A stretch of 64,000 nucleotides of DNA from an uncultured Gemmatimonadales bacterium (GTDB taxonomy: Bacteria; Gemmatimonadota; Gemmatimonadetes; Longimicrobiales; RSA9): positions 1 through 64,000 of the forward strand of contig CAWAMW010000014.1 of the NCBI GenBank assembly GCA_963783305.1, written 5' to 3'. The first letter of the stretch is position 1. Each line of letters begins with the position of its first letter. The translations under genes were made by a program, and so were the position numbers. Positions 1 to 8,692 of the stretch are shown piece after piece. The notes under the pieces were generated by a model, which ran no database searches, was not told where the DNA came from, and was given only the letters and a program-made list of their open reading frames with translations.

Positions 1-71
1 GAAGCGGTCATCGACTAGCCTACGACTAGCCTGACCCTCACGAGTAGCGTCGCCCGCCCTGTGAGCGGCGC

Positions 72-415
72 TTAGTCTTTCGGCTGGTAAGCTGCCACGA
101 GGCGTTTCGGCGCGTAATGCAGCCACGCCTGTTCAAGCAGGTCGCGCAGTTCGTCGGCGTCAGCCAGTGGCAGCCGCATCAAGACGCATTCGAAGCTGGC
201 GTAGTGATTGGTCAGGTAGTAAATGTCCGGCTTGGTCGTCAGCAGAAACTCGCGCTCACGTTGATCCGTACTTTGACGATCAGTGTGTTCGGGTCGATTT
301 TGGCAATGCTCGTCAGAAAGCGCTTGCCGACTTTAAAGTGGGGCGACCCGAACGCGATATGCTCCTCGACGCCGGGAAAGGTCATGACGATTTGCCGCAC
401 GTCATCGAATGTCAT
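72..415 (-). CDS. MmcQ/YjbR family DNA-binding protein (one frameshift near 265)
   Basis: MTFDDVRQIVMTFPGVEEHIAFGSPHFKVGKRF... continues in another frame as ...EREFLLTTKPDIYYLTNHYASFECVLMRL...ELRDLLEQAWLHYAPKRLV, stop at 72-74. Confidence 0.75.
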
Positions 416-543
416 TAAGTCCCGCAGTAGAACGCCTGTTTTATCCAGCATAGCACAAAGCAGAATATGGCTGAAAAGTTATTTCAGGGGCGCACGCATC
501 GGTGCGCCGCTTCTGTGCGCTGAAGCTTTCAGGAAATGGATGC

Positions 544-1992
544 TTATTCTTCTTGTGCCTGTTCGTTAACAGCGGCGGTTTCCGACTCTGGGTATGGAAC
601 TCAATCGGCAGGCGAATTTGAAACTTCGTCTCACCGGGGCGCGAGATCAGCTTGATCTCGCCGCGATGCCGGGTACGACGATGCGATGGGCGATGTCCAA
701 GCCCAAGCCCGTCCCCTTGCCGACCGCTTTAGTGGTGAAGAACGGCTCGAAGATGCGCGATTGGATGTCGGGCGGGATGCCCGGTCCGTCGTCGGCGAGT
801 TCGACCCAGATGTCTTCGTCGTCCGCCCAAGTGCGAATGGTCAGTTTGCCCTTGCCGTTGGCGTCGCTCATGGCGTCAGTGGCGTTGTCGATGATGTTCG
901 TCCAAACCTGATTAAGCTCGCTGCCGTAGGCGGTCAGCTTGGGGATGCTGTGGTCGAATGCTTTCTCGACGGTGATGTGCTTGTCACGCAGTTTATACGC
1001 CATGATCGTCAACGTGTCCTCGATGCCCTCGTGCACGTCGATCTCTTGCAGCGGCGCTTGATCCATGTACGAGTAGGATTTGACCGCCTTGACCAACTCG
1101 GAGATGCGTTTTGTCCCCTGCTCGATCTCGCGCAGCAGCGCCGCCGCGCCGAGCGAGGCGTTCAGCCACGCGACCGCCGAGGCGAGCGCTTCCTCGTCGC
1201 CCAGTTGATCGAGCAGCGCCTCCAGCTTGTCGACGTCGACGCCTGCGCCGACCAGCGTCGGCGCGATCTCCCAACTGTTCTCCACGCCTTGATCGTCCAG
1301 CCACGTGCCGAGTTCGTCCTCAAGGTCGCTTTGCGCCAGCGAGTCGAGGTCGGCGGCGCGCTGAGGCTGGCGGCAGCATCCGCCCGAAGCTGGAGCAGTT
1401 GATCGAACTGATCCGGCTCAAGCTGGTGGCTGAGCGCGAGCAGCAGCGGCTCGATCTGGTCGAAGGACTGGCTCAACTGGCTGGCGGCGCGGCGGGCGGC
1501 GGCGGCGGGATTGTTCAACTCGTGCGCCAGCCCCGCCGAGAGCATGCCGAGCGCGGACATTTTCTCGCGCTGGCGGGCGAGCGCCTCGGTCGTCTGGATG
1601 CGCCACGAGAGCGCGCCGAACAGCTTGCTGACGATCACCGGGCAGACGGCGAACATCTCGCGGAAGGCTTGGTTGTCGAAGCGCAGAAACTGCGTCGGTT
1701 GGAGCGCCCGCGCGCTGGCGATGTAGGGCGTGCCGCTGAGCAGCGGGACTTCACCGCTGAAGCCGCCGTCGCGGTGGGTGGCGAGCACCGTCTCGCTGCC
1801 GTTGATGTCCTGCGTGATTTGCAGTTCGCCGGAGATGATCACGTAGAAATAGTCGGCGTCCTGCCCCTGCCGGAAGACGTAATCGCCCTGCTCGGCTTGG
1901 TACTCCTGCCCGTGATCGATCAGCCACTGGAGTTGATCGTCGCGCAGGTGCTCGAATAAGGGCACGGCGCGCAGTTGATCGTAATCCAGCAT
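544..1992 (-). CDS. Cyclic-nucleotide-binding-domain sensor histidine kinase (frameshifted)
   Basis: N-terminal cNMP-like domain (LRAVPLFEHL..VFRQGQDADYFYVIISGEL..GEVPLL), H-box AGLAHELNNP, N-box ELNQVWTNIIDNA, G boxes DDGPGIP/FFTTK/GTGLGL; split over ORFs 1162-1992 and 647-1285; C-terminal end approximate. Confidence 0.8.
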
Positions 1993-3654
1993 CAGAGTTC
2001 TCCTAGATACTGATGGATGAATTGGACGGCAATCGAGCCTTCGCCGACGGCTGAGGCGACGCGCTTGACCGAATGGTGGCGCACGTCACCGGCGACGAAG
2101 ATGCCCGGCACGCTGGCTTCGAGCAGGAAGGGCAGCCGGTCGAGCTTCCAGCCTTTCGGCGGCTTGCCGTCGCGGATCAGGTCGTTGCCGGTGATGATAA
2201 AGCCGTGACTATCGCGCTCGACCACGCCTTCGAGCCAATCGGTATGCGGCAGCGCGCCGATAAAGACGAACAGCGCCGCGCCTTTGACCTTCTCGGTTTC
2301 GCGGCGTGTCGTTGTTGATCAGCGTGACGGCTTCGAGGTGCTCCGAGCCGTGTACCGCCATGACTTCGGTGTGCAGTCAGCACGGTGATGTTGGGCGTCG
2401 CCTCGATTTGATCGACGAGGTATGCGACATGCTCTTGCCCAGCGAGTCGCCGCGCACGACCATATAGACGGTGCTGGCGTACTTGCTGAAGTACATCGCC
2501 GCTTGTCCCGCCGAATTGCCCGCGCCGACGATGAAGACGTTCTCGCCCTGCACCGAGGGCGCTTCGGTCATGGCTGCGCCGTAGTAGACGCCCGCGCCGG
2601 TCAGGGCGTCGCAGCCGACCACGTCGATGCGGCGGTAGGAGACGCCGGTCGCGATCATCAGGGCGTGGCAGCTAATCTCGCTGCCGTCGGAAAGTTCGAG
2701 GATGCGGTATTGATCCTCGATGCGGACTTTGACGACTTCCGCCGGGGTCAGGATTTCGACGCCGAAGCGAGTCGCTTGGGCGACGGCGCGGCGGGCGAGG
2801 TCGCTGCCGCTTAAGCCGGAGGGGAAGCCGAGATAATTCTCGATCCGCGAACTGGTTCCGGCTTGACCGCCGGGGGCTTCGCGCTCGATCAGGATGGTGC
2901 GCAAGCCCTCCGACGCGCCGTAGACCGCCGCCGCCAAGCCCGCCGGTCCGCCGCCGACAATCGCCAGATCGTAGAAGGGCTGCGCCGCCTGCGTCTTCAA
3001 GCCGACCTGCTCCGGCGATCTCGACGTTGCTCGGGTTCATCAGCGGCTTGCCGTCCGCCATGCAGCACGACCGGCAGTTCGACGTTCTCCATGAAGGCGA
3101 TCAAGTTCCTCGGTGGCGGCGTCGGCTTCCAAGTCCATCCAGCGATAGGGCACGCGGTTGCGGGCGAGGAAGTCCTTGACGCGGTGCGCGTCCGGCGACC
3201 ACTGATGCCCGATCACGCGGATGCCCTCGAAGGCGGGGCGATAGGTCGACTGCCACTGGTCGATCAGGTCGTGCAGCACCGGAAACAGGTTCTCCTCCGG
3301 CGGATCCCACGGCTTCATCAGGTAGTAGTCGAGGTCGATCTCGTTGATCGCCTGAATGGCGGCGTTGGTATCGGCGTAGGCGGTCAGCAGCGCGCGCTTG
3401 GCGTCGGGGTACAGCTCGCGCGCCTGCTCCAGAAACTCGACGCCGGACATCTCCGGCATCCGCTGGTCGACCAGAAAGATCGCGACCGCATCGTTACGGA
3501 GCTTCATCTGCTGCAAGGCGTTGAGCGCGTCCGCGCCGGTCTCGGCGCGCATGATGCGGTAGTCTCGACCGAATTCGCGGCGCAGGTCGCGCTGGATCGC
3601 TTGCAGCACTTCCGGGTCGTCGTCGAGGGTGAAGATAACGGGTTTTGATGCCAT
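1992..3654 (-). CDS. Response-regulator receiver fused to thioredoxin-reductase-like FAD oxidoreductase (frameshifted)
   Basis: REC ([23 protein letters not shown]), FAD motif [14 protein letters not shown] motif VGAGNSAG, C-terminal [16 protein letters not shown]; pieces in ORFs 3040-3687, 2377-3000 and 1992-2225; stop overlaps the kinase start (TGATG). Confidence 0.8.
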
Positions 3655-3696
3655 GAGATCATGTTCCGTTTCTATAAACAGCGTCACTAAATTCGA

Positions 3697-3728
3697 TTTA
3701 TCCCAAACTTTATCCCAAATTTGGGATA
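3697..3728. repeat. Direct repeat TTTATCCCAAA x2 overlapping the perfect 18-bp palindrome TATCCCAAATTTGGGATA
   Basis: Copies at 3697-3707 and 3709-3719; palindrome at 3711-3728. Confidence 0.9.
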
Positions 3729-4388
3729 CGCCGGAAGAGCCACCGGATCCAGGCGAGATGGATCCCGGAGAGGAGGTTATTGTCCATCCGCCGGGACCGA
3801 TCGGGCCGAGCGGGGGCGTACCAGCGCGACAACTACGTCCCAGACGTACAGGTGGAACTTCCTTACCGAGCGGACGCAGTACCTAGACCCGAAGAGCGGC
3901 AAGCTAATCACGGAGTCGATCAGGGACTATACTGGAAGCGGATCGCTGAGGAGTACGACTCGCTCGACGAGTTCTTGAAGGTCTGGAACGCGGCCGAGCG
4001 CAAGCAGGCGGTCGTGGAGGAGCTATCGGAGCATGGTGTGCTCTTCGACGCGCTCGCCGAAGTGGTAGGAAAAGAGCTCGACGCGTTCGACCTTATCTGC
4101 CACGTCGCCTTTGATCAGCCGCCCCTCACCCGTCGCGAACGCGCCGAGCAGGTGAAGAAGCGGGGCTACTTCGCTCAATACGGGCAGCAGGCACGGGCTG
4201 TCCTGGAAGCCCTGCTCGACAAGTACTCCGACGAAGGCCTAGCCAGCATTGAGGACACGAAGGTCCTGCGCGTCCAGCCGTTCTCGGAGCTCGGAACACC
4301 TGTGGAGCTCGTGAGAGCTTTCGGCGGCCGCAAACAGTATGAACAGGCCATCCGAGAGCTCGAAGCAGAGCTCTACCCCGCCGCATAA
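3721..4388 (+). pseudogene. hsdR: C-terminal fragment of type I restriction enzyme R subunit (EcoAI/EcoEI-like)
   Basis: ERTQYLD..GKLITESIRDYT and FDLICHVAFDQPPLTRRERA..VLEALLDKYSDEG..GTPVELVRAFGG are typical of the EcoEI R C-terminus; nuclease and helicase domains are absent upstream. Confidence 0.8.
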
Positions 4389-4409
4389 AAAACCACAACT
4401 CAGGACACG

Positions 4410-5874
4410 ATGTCGATTTCCGGTACGATCAAGTCTATCCAGGACGTCATGCGCAAGGACGTTGGCGTCGACGGCGACGCCCAGCGCGTGGGTCAGCTCG
4501 GCTGGCTGCTCTTCCTCAAAATTTTCGACGCCCGCGAGGAGGAGCGGGAGCTGCTGGAGGACTACACCTCGCCCATCCCCGACCCGCTGCGCTGGCGCAC
4601 CTGGGCCGCCGACCCGGAGGGGATCACCGGTGAGGCGCTCCTCGACTTCGTCAACGACGAGCTTTCCCGACGCTGAAGGAACTCACAATCACCGGTGAGC
4701 CGGGTGATCCCGCCGTGGTGGTCCGCGGTGTCTTCGAGGATGCGTACAACTACATGAAGAGCGGGACCCTGCTGCGGCAGGTGGTCAACAAGATCGAGGA
4801 GGTCGACTTCAACAGTTCGAAGGACCGCCACCTCTTCGGCGACATTTACGAGCAAATCCTGAAAGACCTCCAGAGCGCCGGCAATGCGGGCGAGTACTAC
4901 ACGCCACGTGCGGTCACGGAGTTCATGGTCGAGATGACGGCCCCGAAGCTGGGGGAGACCGTCCTGACCCCGCGTGTGGCACGGGCGGGTTCCTCACCAA
5001 CGCCATCGAGCACATCCGGGCAAGCACGTCAACGCGCCCGAGCAGGAGGCCGAGCTCCAGCGGCTGATCCGCGGCGTGGAGAAGAAGCCGCTCCCGCATC
5101 TGCTGTGCACCACCAACATGCTCCTGCACGGCATTGACGTACCCACCAACGTCCGGCGCGACAACACGCTCGCGCGGCCTCTGCGGGACTATGGGCCATC
5201 GGACCGCGTCGAGGTGATCGTCACGAACCCGCCGTTCGGCGGCGAGGAGGAGCACGGGATCGAGACCAACTTCCCCTCGCAGTGGCAGACCCGCGAGACA
5301 GCCGACCTCTTCCTCGTCCTGATCATGCACCTGCTGAAGGACGGCGGCCGCGCGGCGGTGGTCTTGCCCGACGGCTTCCTTTTTGGCGAGGGTGTTAAGA
5401 CGCGGATCAAGGAGCGGCTGCTGGACGAGTGCAACCTCCACACGATCGTGCGCCTACCCAAGGGTGTGTTCGCACCATACACGAGCATCAACACCAACCT
5501 GCTGTTCTTCACCAAGGGCGAGTCGACCAAGAAGGTTTGGTACTACGAGCACCAGTATCCTGAGGGGCAGAAGAGCTACTCTAAGACTCGGCCAATCCGG
5601 ATCGAAGAGTTCGACACCGAGAAGGCATGGTGGAATGAGCGCGAAGAGACGGACCAGGCGTGGGTCGTCCCGGTCGAGGAGATCCGGAAGAACAACTACA
5701 ACCTCGTCATCAAAAACCCGAGCGAGACCGGCGAGAGCTACCGCGATCCCGACGAACTGCTTGGAGAGTACCGCGAGATCGTGGCTCAGCTGGAGGAGAC
5801 TCGATCCATGCTGCGGGACGAGTTGCCGGCGCGCGTTGGAGAAGGCCAACGGCGCACTTGAAGAGGTGGCATGA
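4410..5874 (+). CDS. hsdM: Type I R-M N6-adenine methyltransferase subunit M (frameshifted)
   Basis: IKSIQDVMRKDVGVDGDAQR, GEYYTPRAV, motif I (D)PACGTGGFL across a frameshift, motif IV NPPF, LHTIVRLPKGVFAPY; corrected end overlaps the hsdS ATGA. Confidence 0.88.
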
Positions 5875-7565
5875 CGACTCAGACTCTGGTGCAGGACGCG
5901 GCTGGCGCGGATACGCTTCTCCGCCATTTCGATGTAATGGCCCAGGCGCCGGGCGGGATGGAGCGGCTACGGGAGGTCGTCCTCCAGTTGGCCTTGCGTG
6001 GAAAGCTGGTGCCGCAGGATCCGAACGATGAGTTGGCAAGCGTGCTGCTGGATCGTGCCCGTCGGAAGCAGGCTCAGCTAATTGAGAACGGGGGGATCAC
6101 ACGACCAAAGAAAGCGGATCAACTCATTGAGAGCGACGCTCCCTTTCCTGTACCGGCGACATGGTCTTGGGCTCGGTTAGGGGAAATCGTTGCCGTCCTT
6201 GACTCGCGCCGACAGCCGGTAAAGGCGGCCGATCGGAAAGTGCGGACCGCAGGAAAACCGGAAAGTGAGCTCGTCCCGTACTACGGGGCCACCCGGCAGG
6301 TGGGTTGGATCGATGACTTCCTCTTCAATGAGGAGTTGGTCCTACTCGGAGAGGACGGAGCCCCATTTTTCCGAGCAGGTAAAAACGTCTCGTATGTGAT
6401 TTACGGGAAGAGTTGGGTCAACAACCACGTCCACGTACTTCGGGCCCTGTCCGGGATCTCAAATCGATATCTGTCCCACGTGCTAAACCTTGCCGATTAC
6501 CATGGGTTCGTCACGGGGACCACTCGGCCGAAGCTAACGCAAGGTAAGATGGTGAATTTGCCGATCCCTCTCCCACCCGCCCCCGAGCAGCACCGCATCG
6601 TCGCGCAGGTGGACCAGCTCATGACGCTCTGCGATGAGCTGGAGGAGCGTCAGCGCCGTCATGCGGACAAGCGCACCCGGCTAAACCAGGCGTCGCTGAA
6701 CCGGCTGACCACGGCTGAGGACGACATGGGGGTGGCAGTCCACTGGCGGCGCGTCCGGGAGAACTTCGAAGTGCTGTACGACACTCCCGACACCGTCGCC
6801 GATCTGCGGGAAGGCGGTTCTACAGCTGGGGGTCCGGGGGAGGCTGGTGCCACAGGACCCGAGCGATGAACCGGCGAGCGAACTGCTGGAGCAGGTCGAG
6901 GCGGAGAAGCAGCGGCTGTACGAGGCGGGGGAATGCGGGAGCCGAAGAAGCTGCCCCCGGTCGAGTCGAATAACGCGCCGTTTAGTTTGCCTGAGGGGTG
7001 GGTATGGACCCGGCTCGGGACAGCCGCGGCTGTCGAAATGGGTAAAGTCCTCACAGAGCGACGTATAACGTCGACGGGGAGGGAGTACCGCTGATCAATG
7101 GTCCTGTCGAATTTGCTCCGGACCCCCTCGGCAACCCGGTGGCTGCTCAGTTCACAACGGCTCCGACGAAGATCGCGCCAGCCTGGGGACCTGTTGATCT
7201 GTGTAGCGTGGTGCAACTACGTGGGCGAACTAACGTTGCAGATCTTTCGAAGCCTGCATTGGTCGGGGTGTATGCTCAATTCGGGCTCCCATGATCCACT
7301 GTATGTCAATCTCTTTTTCTTGACGCAGCGCGAGTACATCCTCTCTACTTGGATCCGGCTCGACGTTTCCAAGTATTTCACAACGTCATCTCGCGCTGAA
7401 TCTCCTGATACTCCCTTCCTCCTCTCGCTGAACAGCGCCGCATAGCGGCCAAGGTGGACCAGCTCATGGACCTTAGCAACGAACTGGAGGCTCGGCTCAC
7501 CCGTTGCGCGCGCGAAGGCTGAACGAATCGCTGGAGCGATCGTGCACCAGATCGCAGCCGCATGA
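5871..7565 (+). CDS. hsdS: Type I R-M specificity subunit S, two TRDs (frameshifted)
   Basis: Repeated conserved regions LQLA.RG(K/R)LVPQDP.DE.AS.LL, P..W.W.RLG and P(L/F)PP..EQ.RI.A.VDQLM.L..ELE flank two variable TRDs. Confidence 0.85.
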
Positions 7566-7620
7566 CGGGGTCGCTAATTGTCGAAAACAACGCGCCGAAC
7601 ACGACTGAACAGGCGCAACA

Positions 7621-7888
7621 ATGACCGACACGCTCACCACCTTGGAAGCGAAGATCATTGCCGCCGGACACGAGCTCGATCGGACGTACGAGTTCGGCGG
7701 CCAGGACGCGCGCGACGGCGACGGCTGGGTCGTGGGTAGTGCGCGTGAGCGCAGCAGAGAAGGAGTGAGACGGACACGTGGTCGCTTGGCGCCTGCGCGG
7801 CCTGCGGCCGCTCCGGAGAACCCGCCGCCACCGTCCGGAAGGTAGTGAGGTGATCACGGTTTCGAAGGTGCTCGCGCGCTGGAGGTAA
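7621..7888 (+). CDS. Small hypothetical protein (probably frameshifted; end uncertain, 7845 or 7888)
   Basis: ATG ORF with a natural-looking N-terminus (MTDTLTTLEAKIIAAGHELDRTYEFGG); no recognisable family. Confidence 0.35.
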
Positions 7889-7943
7889 CGGCGCGGCGGG
7901 TTGGCAACCTGGAAACAGTAGACGCCATTCCTCAGGAGAGGCT

Positions 7944-8167
7944 ATGACCTGGCGAGACGAGTTGTGGCAGATCGTCGCCCGAGAGTGGAGTGTCGGGGAG
8001 AGCTTCAAGCTCGATCAAGTCTACAAGTTCGAGCCGCACTTCCAGAAGAAGTACCCGCAGAACCGTCACGTGCGCGACAAGCTCAGACAGCAGCTACAAG
8101 AACTCAGGACCAGGGGCGGCTCTCCTTCGAGGACGATCACGGCACCTACAGCAGACGTAGGGTGTAG
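7944..8167 (+). CDS. Stand-alone DpnI C-terminal-like winged-helix protein, ~74 aa after restoring one G near 8108
   Basis: AGGAG RBS; FKLDQVYKFEPHFQKKYPQNRHVRDKLRQQLQELRDQGRLSFEDDHGTY matches the DpnI_C pattern F.L..VY.FE......P.N.H...K.RQQLQ.LRD.G...F....G.Y. Confidence 0.75.
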
Positions 8168-8173
8168 TGGATC

Positions 8174-8216
8174 GGAACGGCGTCTAACACACGGTTGGCG
8201 CCTGAACTCGCTTCGC
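8174..8216 (+). other. 5' half of an attC-like integron recombination site
   Basis: R'' box GTCTAAC (8182-8188), then ACACGGTTGG and an apical GCTTCGC; complementary to GT-AGACGCCATTCC at 7918-7931; 3' half not found downstream. Confidence 0.5.
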
Positions 8217-8430
8217 AAACTCCGGAACCCCCGTCCCGGACCGCTTGGAAGCTGGGCGAGGTCATTGGAGCTTCGAGGCGGCAGAGCGATGGATGTCGGG
8301 TCGGCCGGGTTCGCGACCAGTGCCAGCACAGTGCCAGAGCGCACGCAACTTCCCCGCATTGACCCGAAGCAGCGGCCGCTGATTACCTTGGATACACACC
8401 CGGCTGGAGCCAGTCGAACCCTCGCAGTGC

Positions 8431-8474
8431 CCTTCCAAGCTGAGGGTCGCGGGTTCGAGTCCCGTCTCCCGCTC
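8431..8474 (+). other. 3' half of tRNA-Gly(TCC): island attachment site
   Basis: CTTCCAA anticodon loop, GCTGA, T-arm GCGGG-TTCGAGT-CCCGT and acceptor 3' strand CTCCCGC; the D-arm and 5' acceptor strand are absent. Confidence 0.85.
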
Positions 8475-8483
8475 TGACAGAAT

Positions 8484-8526
8484 GCCGGTGTCGCGCATGG
8501 GTTCAGCGCGGCGCCGGCTTTTCTTT
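8484..8526 (+). terminator. Rho-independent terminator after the tRNA fragment
   Basis: GCCGGTGTCGCGC / GCGCGGCGCCGGC stem (with G-U pairs) followed by TTTTCTTT. Confidence 0.75.
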
Positions 8527-8692
8527 GGTTCCGTTCCCGGCTCCGTGAGCGCAAGGAGGGTTCGGCCCCGTCCTGCCAACGCCTGGACGCCCACGCCGTA
8601 GCCGGAGGGCAGAAGCCTCCATTGCGAAGGAACGACCCGGGCCGTACTCTCACGCGCCGCTTTACCCTGCCTGTGAAGTACGGAATCGCCTG

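Larger units (their letters stand above)
3721..8474 (+). mobile_element. Right-hand part of a genomic island integrated at tRNA-Gly(TCC), carrying type I R-M
   Basis: Defence cargo ending in a 3' tRNA fragment that is followed by a terminator; no integrase or left att site in the window. Confidence 0.6.

Noticed and set aside
12..32. CGACTAGCCT repeated twice at the window start
   Set aside because: Only two copies at the edge of an error-prone block, with no context to interpret.
4410..7565. Programmed frameshifting or phase variation of hsdM/hsdS
   Set aside because: Indels are equally dense in unrelated neighbouring genes and no long simple-sequence tracts are present; sequencing error explains them better.
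7944..8477. 177-aa ORF as listed in the track
   Set aside because: The part after ELR is out of frame and runs through non-coding and tRNA-derived sequence; the domain finishes in the frame ending at 8167.
8400..8477. Functional tRNA-Gly gene
   Set aside because: No 5' acceptor strand, D-arm or 5' anticodon-stem strand; only the 3' half is present.
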